DNA from: a virus
Direction: 5' to 3' (one strand)
DNA: 64,000 nucleotides
Virus record (IMG/VR): IMGVR_UViG_3300031823_000001
Location: 64,001-128,000 of that record
Under the pieces are notes generated by a model. That model saw only the letters and a list, made by a program, of their open reading frames with translations. It had not been told where the DNA came from and searched no databases. Below are positions 7,820 to 16,881 of the stretch, piece after piece; position 1 is the first letter of the stretch, and every line of letters begins with the position of its first letter. A program made the translations under genes and the position numbers.

Positions 7820-9364
7820 TTGGTGACGATTCCGTCCTTTACGTCATATCAGCCACCGCAAGTGTATGTAACGGACACTTCGATCCCGATCGTCGTGACC
7901 CCGCTGGTGCCCTCCACGGTCCTGACCCTCGTCGGCCCGGCGCTCGGCTACCGCACCGCCGTCCAGTCGCTGCTGCTCTACGCGGCCACCGCGACCGGCC
8001 TGACCTACACGGGCGTGTTCACCACCGCCCAGTCGGGGCCGCCCGTCGTCACGGCCCCGGTGGTCAGCACCCTGACCGGGACGATCCTCACCGTGGGCGT
8101 GGACTACGAGCTGACGGTGACCGCCGACCCGTCGGGCAACGCCGGGCTGGCCACCACGACGATCACCCGGGTCAACACGAGCACGAACGTCTCCGACGGC
8201 CAGCAGGTCTCGGTCACCTACAACTACGCCGACGCCGGCTACTACGCGCCGCAGGTCTTCTACGACCAGCAGAGCGTCATCAACGCCTACGGGCAGCCGT
8301 TCCTGTCGTCGGTGCCGGTGGCCCCGAACGCCTCCCAGGTGGCGAACCCGCTGTCGTGCGCCGCGCAGATCGCGTTCAGCAACGGGGCGACCACGCTGAT
8401 CTGCGTGGCCTGCAACCCGGCCGACGGGTCCCTGGAGCAGCAGCTCACCGCCGCGTACGCCAAGGTGGCGACCACCCCGGCGGCGACGATCGTGGTGCCC
8501 GTCTTCACCGACGACCTGACCCCGAGTTCGGGCACGGTCGCGGCCGAGGCGCAGTCGCTGGCGCAGGCGCTGAACACCGCGATGGTGACCGCGTACAACG
8601 ACGGGTTCCCCAGGATCGGCTTCTTCGGCCTGCCGAGGAACTACAGCGAGGGCGACATCCCGTTGCCGACGCTGGCGGCGAACATCGCCAGCCGCCGCCT
8701 GGTGCTCGCCTACCCGGAGATCGTGCTGCTCTACAACACGGCGACGAGCACGACGTTCCAGGCGTCGGGCTGCTACCTGGCGGTGGCGCTCGGCGCGGTC
8801 CTGTCGTCCCTGCCGGTCAACACCGGCATCACCAACCAGACGGTGCGGGGGACCGGCGGCCTGCCGCAGGCCGAGGTCACCCTGATGACCAACGCGTTCA
8901 TGAACACGGTCGCGGCTTCGGGCGTGTCGGTGTGCTCGCTGAACTACGCGGGGGCGCTGACCTGCCGCCAGGGCCTGACCACTGACATGTCGGCGATCAA
9001 CCGCCAGGAGATCTCGGTGGTGCGCCAGTCCGACTCGCTGTTCGTGGCGGTCAGCCAGGGCCTGATGAACGCGGGCCTGATCGGCCAGCCGATCACGGCG
9101 AACACGGTCAGCGCGGTGCAGGAGGCGGTTCTCGGCATCCTGGAGGGCGCGGTCACCCAGCAGGTGATCATCAGCTACACGAACCTGACGGTGCAGCAGC
9201 AGGCGTACCCGGGCGGCAACCCGACCATCATGAGCGTGACTTTCCAGTACCTGCCGGCGATGCCGCTGAATTTCATCACCGTGCAGATGTCGATCGACCT
9301 CTCGGGCGGCCTGGTGGCCACCCAGTCGCAGCAGAACGCCTCGGGCACCGGGACAGGCGCCTAA
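7820..9364 (+). CDS. Tail sheath protein
   Basis: N-term YQPPQVYV, C-term RQGLTTD..EISVVR..FQYLPAMPLNFITV. Confidence 0.9.
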   Translation: MVTIPSFTSYQPPQVYVTDTSIPIVVTPLVPSTVLTLVGPALGYRTAVQSLLLYAATATGLTYTGVFTTAQSGPPVVTAPVVSTLTGTILTVGVDYELTVTADPSGNAGLATTTITRVNTSTNVSDGQQVSVTYNYADAGYYAPQVFYDQQSVINAYGQPFLSSVPVAPNASQVANPLSCAAQIAFSNGATTLICVACNPADGSLEQQLTAAYAKVATTPAATIVVPVFTDDLTPSSGTVAAEAQSLAQALNTAMVTAYNDGFPRIGFFGLPRNYSEGDIPLPTLAANIASRRLVLAYPEIVLLYNTATSTTFQASGCYLAVALGAVLSSLPVNTGITNQTVRGTGGLPQAEVTLMTNAFMNTVAASGVSVCSLNYAGALTCRQGLTTDMSAINRQEISVVRQSDSLFVAVSQGLMNAGLIGQPITANTVSAVQEAVLGILEGAVTQQVIISYTNLTVQQQAYPGGNPTIMSVTFQYLPAMPLNFITVQMSIDLSGGLVATQSQQNASGTGTGA

Positions 9365-9371
9365 CTAGCGT

Positions 9372-9782
9372 TCACCACTGGGCGTCCTCGGCTTCCTCGG
9401 CATCGCTGACCGGCCTCCAGCGGGACGACTGGTCTGTCCAGGGGAGGGCCAGGCCGTCTCCCTTGGTGCGCGGCACCAGGTGCACGTGCAAGTGGAAGAC
9501 CGACTGGGTGGCCTCGGCGCCGGCGGAGGTGATCAGGTTGAAGGACCTGATGCCGTTCATTCCCGCCCAGCGGGAGGCGTGTTCTACGGCGAGCCCGGCT
9601 CCGTAGGGCCCGTTTCGCGGGTCGGCGGCGCTTTCGACGTGGGTGGTCGGCACGAACAGCAGGTGCCCCGGGGTGACCGGGTCCAGCGGCTCGAACCAGA
9701 CGATGCTCGGCTGCATCTCCGGCTTTACGAAGGCTTCGTATTCCCCGTGCTCGATGCGCAGGCAGAACGGGCAGCCCATCAC
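9372..9782 (-). CDS. HIT-family hydrolase
   Basis: CPFC, GHLLFVP, QSVFHLHVHLVPR histidine triad. Confidence 0.9.
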   Translation of the reverse strand: MMGCPFCLRIEHGEYEAFVKPEMQPSIVWFEPLDPVTPGHLLFVPTTHVESAADPRNGPYGAGLAVEHASRWAGMNGIRSFNLITSAGAEATQSVFHLHVHLVPRTKGDGLALPWTDQSSRWRPVSDAEEAEDAQW

Positions 9783-9976
9783 GGCACGATCGCCTGCCGC
9801 TCGTGCTCGGCGGCCGTCTGCTCTCGGACGGCGTCGGCGACGTCGAGCAGTGCCCAGCCGACGGCGGTGAGCGCGCCGGCGATGTCTCCCAGTCCGACCC
9901 GGCCGGTGGCTCCCAGGCCTTCCTCGACGGCGTGCAGCATGGCGTCGGCTGCCGCGCGGGGGTGCTGGTTGGTCAT
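9779..9976 (-). CDS. Hypothetical protein
   Basis: SD AGGAGG, coupled to neighbours. Confidence 0.65.
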   Translation of the reverse strand: MTNQHPRAAADAMLHAVEEGLGATGRVGLGDIAGALTAVGWALLDVADAVREQTAAEHERQAIVP

Positions 9977-10245
9977 GATTCCTCCTGGCTGGGCTTACGG
10001 TCGAATTCCGGGCGGCTGACCCCGGCCGGCCACTTCTCCTGGCAGCCGCGCCTTTGGCATCGCAGGATCACCGGGACTGACCCCGCCTGGACTGTCGTGT
10101 CGGTGCGTTCGAGGTCGAACTTGCTGGTGGCCAGTATGGTGCGCGAGCAGGAGGCGAAGATCTTGTCGCGGACTATGTGGTAGCGGCGCGCTGTGCCGGG
10201 GTGGTTGTAGCTGGTGGCGTCGCGCATCGCCGCCCGGTAGCTCAT
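9973..10245 (-). CDS. Hypothetical protein (Cys/His, possible Zn binding)
   Basis: SD AGGAGG, ATGA overlap. Confidence 0.65.
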   Translation of the reverse strand: MSYRAAMRDATSYNHPGTARRYHIVRDKIFASCSRTILATSKFDLERTDTTVQAGSVPVILRCQRRGCQEKWPAGVSRPEFDRKPSQEES

Positions 10246-10565
10246 GATTCCTCCTGGCCGGCGGCGAACCGGGACCTGATCCTGGTGCGGATCTCCCGCG
10301 AATCCATTACCTGCTGCCCGGCTTCCCGCCAGGTGACAGGGACGGCCCCGGCCTTTATGGCGGCGAGGCGCTTGGACTCGGTGACGTCGTAGTGCTGCAT
10401 GGGCCAGGGCTTGTCCTGGAACCAGGAGCGGTGCAGCCCGATCTTCGCGGCGAGGGCGTGCAGTTCCTCGATGTCGTCGTCGGGCCCGACGGTGAGGTGG
10501 GACCAGCGGGCGGTGATGCGGCCGACGGTGGCCTTCTGCCGCCAGTCGTCTACGTAGACGGTCAT
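10242..10565 (-). CDS. DUF4031 family protein
   Basis: MTVYVDD..WSHL..EELHALAAKIGL.RSWFQ..HYDVT. Confidence 0.85.
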   Translation of the reverse strand: MTVYVDDWRQKATVGRITARWSHLTVGPDDDIEELHALAAKIGLHRSWFQDKPWPMQHYDVTESKRLAAIKAGAVPVTWREAGQQVMDSREIRTRIRSRFAAGQEES

Positions 10566-11440
10566 GATTCCTCCTGGTCGGTGACGTGGGCGTAGGAACG
10601 GCGGCTGAGGATATTGCCGAGGGCGGCTTCCTTGATGCCGAAGCGCCCGGCTAGAACGGAGCGCTTCATTCCCTCGGCCCCGAGCCGCCGGATCTCGCGG
10701 ATCTGCTCGTCCGTGAACCGCGCATCGCTGCGGCGCGAGCGTGCCTTCGGCATGTCCCGGCAGATGATCGAGATGTTCGAGTGGTGAACGCCGAACTGCA
10801 ACCCGAGTTCGTGGATGCTCTTCCCCTCGGCTCGCAGGCGCCTGATCTCTGCGGCTTGAGGTGCGGTGAGCTTCCCGCCTGACATGCGGCGCTCGTGGGG
10901 AGCGATCGGCGGAGGATCGGTGATCCATCCCCAGCTCTTGCCCGAGAGCGCGAGCTGGACAGTGTCGAGCTTGCGGTCCAGTTCGGCGGCGATCTTCGGC
11001 GCACTCAGGCCGCCCCGGTAGAGAGTGCGGGCCTTGCGCACTAGGTCGGGACTCAGTGCGTCCTGGCCGCCGATCCCGAGAGACCGGCGCCTGATCGCCT
11101 TGTCGCGGTTATTGTCCGCGACGCTCCCGTCCCTGATGTGCAGCGGACGGCAGCAGGGCGGGTTGTCGCAGTCATGCCTTCCGATCACCGGCATGTACCC
11201 GTGCACCAGGTAGAAGGCGACTCTCTGGGCGTTGACTGTTCCCTTGCGTCCGGTGAGCGGGTTGATCATGCTGACGGCCCCGTAGTTCCCTCTCGGGCGC
11301 TTCCGGGTGGCTCTGAGGAACTCCCAGCAGGACTCGTCGTCGTCGATGATGTTGACCTTCGGCCAAAACTGCCTGTCGGGACCGGGAAGAGTTGTGAGCT
11401 GGCCGTCTCGGAGGACCTGCTCGTACTCGATGATGTTCAC
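10562..11440 (-). CDS. HNH homing endonuclease with C-terminal HTH repeats
   Basis: FWPKV..CWEF..YG..AQRVAF..RHDCDNPPCCRPLH..DN; three HTH-like repeats; likely leaderless GTG after TAGTAT. Confidence 0.85.
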   Translation of the reverse strand: MNIIEYEQVLRDGQLTTLPGPDRQFWPKVNIIDDDESCWEFLRATRKRPRGNYGAVSMINPLTGRKGTVNAQRVAFYLVHGYMPVIGRHDCDNPPCCRPLHIRDGSVADNNRDKAIRRRSLGIGGQDALSPDLVRKARTLYRGGLSAPKIAAELDRKLDTVQLALSGKSWGWITDPPPIAPHERRMSGGKLTAPQAAEIRRLRAEGKSIHELGLQFGVHHSNISIICRDMPKARSRRSDARFTDEQIREIRRLGAEGMKRSVLAGRFGIKEAALGNILSRRSYAHVTDQEES

Positions 11441-11499
11441 GAACCCAATACTATCTTGCGAGAGATGGTGTGGCGCGAGGAACGTCCAGAGAGGGGGTG

Positions 11500-12059
11500 G
11501 TGACCACGGCCTCCACGCAAGCGAGAGTAGTCGGATCAGGCTACACTGTGCTGTCATACAACAGCCAGCCTATCGCTTACTGTGAGGGCTGGTTAATTGT
11601 GAGGATAGTGGGCAACGCGCTTTCAGCGATGTCGGCCAGCCTTATCAATTCATCCAGCCCATTGGTGCCGAGCACCCGGTCGAGATTGCCACGTCGCGCG
11701 TGATCTCCGGCGGCACGGTGATGATCACCATCCGCGAGTTGTGGAACCAGCCCGTGTGGTGGCAGCTCGCCGGGCTGACCGGCACCTGGGACATGGTGGA
11801 CATCTTCACCGCCCTGGCGGCCAACCCTAACTACGTCACCGCGTCGATGATTATCAAGCCGCCCGGTACGGAAAGCAACTCGGGTTCCTGGCGAGGCAAG
11901 GTATACCAGAACGTGACAGTCGTAGACATTAACGACGGCGAAACGGTTACCGTCGGGGCTCTGGCGGTCACTAAGGGTATTACCTTCGCGTACACCCACT
12001 ACGTGCCCCTCAACAGCAACCAGTACGGCGCTGGCCTGCTGGGAACCGCCACCGCCTGA
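11500..12059 (+). CDS. Tail tube protein, frame broken by 8-nt insert 11593-11600 (join 11500-11592,11601-12059; ~183 aa)
   Basis: TQARVVGSGYTVLSYNSQPIAYCEGW continues as EDSGQRAF..HPVEIATSR..IRELWNQPVWWQL in another frame; position after sheath. Confidence 0.8.
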
Positions 12060-12159
12060 TCCCGGGACAATGCCAGCATTACCAAGGAACCTGGTATTCC
12101 TTCTGGTGCCGATGATAAAATTCCTCTTTGCCTGCCAAGGTAAAGCACAAGGAGGAAAA

Positions 12160-12495
12160 GTGGCGCAGAAGGTACAAGTTGACCAGGTAAGCGACCTGGA
12201 CGGGGTGCCGGCCGACGAGACAGTGAAGTTCTCCCTGGACACCACCGACTACGAGATCGACCTGTCCGCTGTCCAGGCGCAGGAGATGCGCGCCGGGCTG
12301 GCCCCGTTCGTGACGCATGCCCGGAAGCGGCCCGGCCGCCCGCGACGCGGCAAGCGGCGGCCCAGCCGCCCCGACCTGCCGGACATCCGCACGTACGCCA
12401 GGGCCAGGGGATACGACATCAACGAGCGGGGCCGCGTCCCCACCCAGATCATCGACGAGTACGACGCGCTGAAGGGCACCGACGCCGCCCGGTAA
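12160..12495 (+). CDS. lsr2: Lsr2 family nucleoid-associated protein
   Basis: MAQKVQV..DLDG..ETVKFSLD..YEIDLS; IRTYA..GY.INERGRVP; SD AGGAGG. Confidence 0.92.
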   Translation: MAQKVQVDQVSDLDGVPADETVKFSLDTTDYEIDLSAVQAQEMRAGLAPFVTHARKRPGRPRRGKRRPSRPDLPDIRTYARARGYDINERGRVPTQIIDEYDALKGTDAAR

Positions 12496-12551
12496 CCCGC
12501 AGGGCCGCCCCCGGAAGGTAAGAACCCAGATTCTCTTCCGGAGGAGGACCA

Positions 12552-12878
12552 TTGACCACTCCCGCCCCGCCGGCGGCGCCCGTCATCACCACGGACAAGG
12601 CCAGCTACAGCCCCGGCGACCCCATCACCGTGACGGTGGAGTACACCGACCCTGCCAACCCCGGCACCGCCGTGACGATCACCGCGACTGTCACCAACTC
12701 TGACGGCACGACCGCCAGCGGCACGGCCCAGGTCACGGTGGGCGCGACACCCGCCAACCCGCTGCCCGTCTCGGTCACCGACTCGCTCGGCGATGCCTAC
12801 ACCCAGACGAGCAACGAGGCCGGCACCGCCGTGTTCGCCGGCACCATCGGGACCCCTCCGGCCGCCCCGGCAGCGTGA
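12552..12878 (+). CDS. Small Ig-like Thr-rich virion protein
   Basis: TTDKASYSPGDPITVTV; SD GAGGAGG. Confidence 0.7.
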   Translation: MTTPAPPAAPVITTDKASYSPGDPITVTVEYTDPANPGTAVTITATVTNSDGTTASGTAQVTVGATPANPLPVSVTDSLGDAYTQTSNEAGTAVFAGTIGTPPAAPAA

Positions 12879-12985
12879 TCCTCACCATCGACGTCACAGT
12901 CACCGGCCCGGACGGCTCCACGGCCTCCGGGTCGGTGACCGTTGACGTCACCGACCCGGGAACAGCGGCGGAGGAGCAGGCGTGA
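12875..12985 (+). CDS. 36-aa protein resembling the middle of the preceding gene
   Basis: VTVTGPDGSTASGSVTV vs ATVTNSDGTTASGTAQV; GTGA overlaps both sides. Confidence 0.5.
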   Translation: MILTIDVTVTGPDGSTASGSVTVDVTDPGTAAEEQA

Positions 12986-13164
12986 ACGTCAACGTGAACA
13001 CCAGCGTGGGCGCGGACAAGTCCGTGACCTGCGACATCGTGGTTGACGGCCGCCAGGTGGCCGTTACCTTCGCTGAGGGCGAGATCACCTTCGCTGTCGC
13101 TGCCCCGGGCGGCGACATCACTTTCCAGGTGCCCGAGTCCGTGGTTGCCCTGGAGCCCGCGTGA
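12982..13164 (+). CDS. Hypothetical protein
   Basis: SD GGAGGAG, coupled. Confidence 0.6.
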   Translation: MNVNVNTSVGADKSVTCDIVVDGRQVAVTFAEGEITFAVAAPGGDITFQVPESVVALEPA

Positions 13165-13703
13165 CCGAGGCATTCCCGGGCGAGGAGACCCCGGCCGGCG
13201 ACGGCCCGACCGACTCGCCCCTGGAGCTGCATGCCGAGCCCCACGACGAGGCCGCCTGGCGCGAGGACTTCACCGGGCTCCTCGTCATGGGCGCGCTGCG
13301 CGGCTGGTTCGAGTGGTGCGGGCACCGCATCGCCATCAAGACCCTCACCACCGAGGAGGAGCTGCTGGTCGCGCAGCTCACCCGCGAGTACGAGGGGGGC
13401 ATCGGCGGGACCAAGGCCTACGCCACGGCGCTGGCCGGGCTGTGCGTGGAGGCGGTGGACCGCCAGCCGATGCCGGTCCCTCTCGGCGAGCACCCCGGCC
13501 AGCCGAACAAGTGGGCGCTGGAGCGGTTCAACTACGCGCTCAGGTGGTACCCGCCGACCATCGACGCGATCTTCGACGCCTACCTCCGGCTGGAGGCCAG
13601 GCAGCGGGACGTCATGGCGGGACTGGGAAAATCCTCGGCCCAGGGGGATGCGACCCCTGGGCTGAGCGCCAGATCCGCCTCGCCGAGCGACGCGGGCTCC
13701 TGA
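13161..13703 (+). CDS. Tail assembly chaperone
   Basis: Between tube and tape measure; ends ..GLGKS at slippery site. Confidence 0.8.
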   Translation: MTEAFPGEETPAGDGPTDSPLELHAEPHDEAAWREDFTGLLVMGALRGWFEWCGHRIAIKTLTTEEELLVAQLTREYEGGIGGTKAYATALAGLCVEAVDRQPMPVPLGEHPGQPNKWALERFNYALRWYPPTIDAIFDAYLRLEARQRDVMAGLGKSSAQGDATPGLSARSASPSDAGS

Positions 13704-14071
13704 CCGGCCGGTCCCTCAACGTCGTCCAGGAGGCCTGCCTGGACGTCCTGTACTTCCTCGACGGCCTCGCCGAGCGCAGGCGCCGCGAGGACATGATCTT
13801 GTCGGCCGCCGTCTCCGGCGGGGTGATCACCCCCGTTCAGGCGTGGCCGGAGTTCTTCGGAATCGACCGGGGCGACCCGGATGTCTTCCCGTCCGCCGGG
13901 ACCGACAACAGCGGCTTCGCCCTGGAGCGCGCCACCCCCGAGTCGTTCGCGGCCGACATGGCCGCCCTGGTGGCGTCGAGCAGGCAGGTGGTGCTGCGCG
14001 AGGGTTCCCAGCAGCCCGTTCCCGCGCCGCAGGAGCAGCACCAGTACGTCCCCGATCCCGAGTGGACCTGA
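13161..14071 (+). CDS. Tail assembly chaperone, -1 frameshift extended form
   Basis: G GGA AAA at 13625-13631; -1 frame open to 14071. Confidence 0.75.
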
Positions 14072-14142
14072 GAATTATCCGGAAATCTCGTGGGGTAAAC
14101 GCTATCCGCTCACGTATGAGTCTTCAGGAGGACTCATAGAAC

Positions 14143-14307
14143 ATGAACTGCACCCACGAAGAATGCGAGCCTTACAGCTCCTGCCAGGCGCTCACCGACT
14201 GGGAGCGCAGGATCGAGTTCCGCTTCCGCCAGCGGACGGGCCTGCCCGCTGATGATCTCGCCACCGACCCGGTCGCCTGGTACGAGGGGGCGACCGAAAC
14301 GGGATAG
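14143..14307 (+). CDS. 54-aa hypothetical protein
   Basis: SD AGGAGG inside hairpin 14115-14138; MNCTHEECEP.. Confidence 0.5.
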   Translation: MNCTHEECEPYSSCQALTDWERRIEFRFRQRTGLPADDLATDPVAWYEGATETG

Positions 14308-14337
14308 CCGCCGCCCCGGAAGCACGGGAGGCAGAAC

Positions 14338-16749
14338 ATGACGATTCCGTGGCCGGGGGGCCTCGACCGCTCAGTGAACCAGCCCGACCCTGGCCAGCAG
14401 CAGGTCACCCAGGGCCTGAACGCCGTCGTCACCCAGCTCCGCAGCATGAACCAGGCGATCCAGGCGCAGACGTCGATGATGCAGCGGACCATCAACGCCT
14501 CTTCGCGCTTCCAGTCCCCGGGGCAGCAGGCCGCTCACTCGGCCGGCCAGCCGCACATGCGCCAGGACGTCACCCAGGCCCTGGTGGCGGGCGGCGGCAC
14601 CCTGTCGGGGGCCCAGCTCTCCCAGGTCTCCCCGATGAGCGCGATGACCTCCCTGGAGTCGCTCAAGGCATTCGGCGCGCAGCAGCTCGGCCAGTGGATG
14701 GCCGGGATGCCGCTGTACGAGTCGGGCAGCACCCCCGCCGGCATGCCGACCTCGTTCACCCTGCCGCAGCAGTCGAACTACTGGTCCGGCGGCGTCCCGG
14801 GCGACAGCACCCCGGCGGGACCCGAGTACATGGGCCGCCACGCGAGCGGCTACTCCGGTTCTCACCGTGCCTCGCCTGCTGCTCCTGTCGGCGGTAGCGG
14901 AGGCAGCGCAGGAGGCCAGGGCGGCGGCGGAGGAGGCGCAGGAGGTCCTGCCGGGCCGGGCGGCGGCCCTCCTGCCGGAGGAGGCCACGGCGGAGGCGCC
15001 GGGGGCGGCGGAGGAAGCAGCTCCAACCTGAGCCTCCTCCAGCGCGTCGGCGTCCAGGTGGCCGCCTCGGCGGGCGGTCCCGGCACCATCACCAACGCGC
15101 TGCGCAACGTCCCCGGCGTCGGCCTGGCCATGGACGCGGTCAACTCGGTCGCCAACACCTACATCGCGCAGCGCGAGGCCGGCCGGGTCTACCAGAACGT
15201 GGAGGGCGGTTCCAACCTCGGCGCGCAGACCGAGCGGCTGCACGCACTGGCCTACGAGGCGTCCATGTACGGCCGGATGCCGTCCGGCGCCGCCGCGCAG
15301 GCGTTCGGCCAGGTCACCGCGATGGGCTTCAACCAGGCGGCGCAGAACGAGGGCGGCCAGCTCCAGAACCGCCAGTCGGCCCTCAACTTCGCCTACCACA
15401 ACTACACGGCGACCGGCATGGACGTGAACGAGTCCATGGGGTTCCTCGCCTCGGCCAGCCAGAACCCGACAGTCAACCTCAACCAGCTCTCCACCGCGCT
15501 GAACAACCTGTCTACCTCCGCCGGGAAAGCCGGCGTCAACGCCGAGCAGGCCCGGCAGAGCTTCCAGAGCTACTTCAACGCCGCCCTCGGCCAGGGGGCA
15601 GGCAACAGCTCGACCGGCATCGCCCAGGGCATCGCGGGCATGCAGGCGTCGGGAGGCAAGACAATGGCCGGGGTGAACTTCTCCGGGCTGCTGTCCTCGC
15701 AGAACCAGTACCTGCTGTCCGGCCAGAGCGGCCTGTCGGTGCCGCAGCTCCAGCAGATCCAGCGGACCAATCCCGCGCAGTACAACCAGCTCCTGTCCGG
15801 GCAGAGCCTGTCGGAACTCACTTCCAGCGGGCTGATGAGCAGCCAGGAGCAGCAGGGGCTCAAGCAGATGATCTCCCAGGCGGGCGGGACCTCCGCGCTC
15901 CAGGCGAACCCGGACCTCTACAGCCAGATCGTCGGCCAGTTCCTCAACAAGTACCAGACCAGCGGGAACATCAACGAGAACGTCTGGACCGGCTACATCA
16001 ACAGCATGACCGGCTCGAACATGAACAACAACCAGGCCATGCAGTGGATCGTGCAGCAGGTGGCCGGGGTCAACGAGTCGTCTTCCAACGGCAGCCTCGC
16101 CACCAGCCCGACCACCAACGGCGCGAGCGTGCCCGCGAACAAGCTGGGCAGCGCACCGACGGGCAAGGGCGGCCTGGCGCTGCCGTCGCAGCCGGGACTG
16201 ACCGGCCAGCTTTTCCTCGGCGACAAGTCCAAGACGTGGCAGCAGGTCCTCCAGGGCGACAACTCGGCGGCGGCGGCCCCGTACCTGGCGGCCGAGAAGC
16301 AGAGCGGGCAGCGGAACCCGGTGCTGGAGTCGCTGCTCCAGAACACCAGCTCAAGCGACCAGGTGTCCGTGCAGACCGCGACCGGCACCCGGGTCATGAG
16401 CATGGCCGACGCGATGAAGTACTACCCGAACGAACTCCAGGCCGGGAACGTCAACTTCTACGGTTCGAACGGCCAGTCGCTCGGCAACACCGCCGCGCTG
16501 ACCGGCGGCCTGGTCAACACGGGGGCGAATACCGCCGGGGAGGTCCAGCAGAAGGCCGGATCTACTCTGGGCAGCACCCTGTCGGCGTGGCAGAAGGCGC
16601 ACCCGGCGTCCGGCGGGCAGATCACGAACATCGTGGACCTGTCCACCGAGGCGAAGCAGCTCCTGAAGCTGCTGCCGTCTACCAGCAACGCGGCGGCGGC
16701 CACCAGCACCGTCCCTGCGAACACCTACGCCTCGCAGGCGAGCCGCTGA
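14338..16749 (+). CDS. Tape measure protein
   Basis: Long Ala/Gln/Gly-rich ORF after chaperones. Confidence 0.75.
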   Translation: MTIPWPGGLDRSVNQPDPGQQQVTQGLNAVVTQLRSMNQAIQAQTSMMQRTINASSRFQSPGQQAAHSAGQPHMRQDVTQALVAGGGTLSGAQLSQVSPMSAMTSLESLKAFGAQQLGQWMAGMPLYESGSTPAGMPTSFTLPQQSNYWSGGVPGDSTPAGPEYMGRHASGYSGSHRASPAAPVGGSGGSAGGQGGGGGGAGGPAGPGGGPPAGGGHGGGAGGGGGSSSNLSLLQRVGVQVAASAGGPGTITNALRNVPGVGLAMDAVNSVANTYIAQREAGRVYQNVEGGSNLGAQTERLHALAYEASMYGRMPSGAAAQAFGQVTAMGFNQAAQNEGGQLQNRQSALNFAYHNYTATGMDVNESMGFLASASQNPTVNLNQLSTALNNLSTSAGKAGVNAEQARQSFQSYFNAALGQGAGNSSTGIAQGIAGMQASGGKTMAGVNFSGLLSSQNQYLLSGQSGLSVPQLQQIQRTNPAQYNQLLSGQSLSELTSSGLMSSQEQQGLKQMISQAGGTSALQANPDLYSQIVGQFLNKYQTSGNINENVWTGYINSMTGSNMNNNQAMQWIVQQVAGVNESSSNGSLATSPTTNGASVPANKLGSAPTGKGGLALPSQPGLTGQLFLGDKSKTWQQVLQGDNSAAAAPYLAAEKQSGQRNPVLESLLQNTSSSDQVSVQTATGTRVMSMADAMKYYPNELQAGNVNFYGSNGQSLGNTAALTGGLVNTGANTAGEVQQKAGSTLGSTLSAWQKAHPASGGQITNIVDLSTEAKQLLKLLPSTSNAAAATSTVPANTYASQASR

Positions 16750-16881
16750 CCACGGACTTCACCTGAATCCCGGGCGCAGCGCGTTACCCTCGTGTTACTT
16801 TCCAGGCTTGTACGCCGGCTAGGCTCCGGCCCCGCTCGCGGGACCCCGGCCCGAGGCCGTCCCTGCGAGGTCTGGAGCCCG

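Noticed and set aside
9365-11700. Group I intron explanation for the HNH genes and broken tube/J genes
   Set aside because: HNH genes are outside and antisense to the broken genes; gaps are only 7-8 nt; no intron core seen
16792-16800. GTG TTA start of the Rpf-like ORF as TTA control
   Set aside because: ATG 16882 with SD and signal-peptide position is the more likely start
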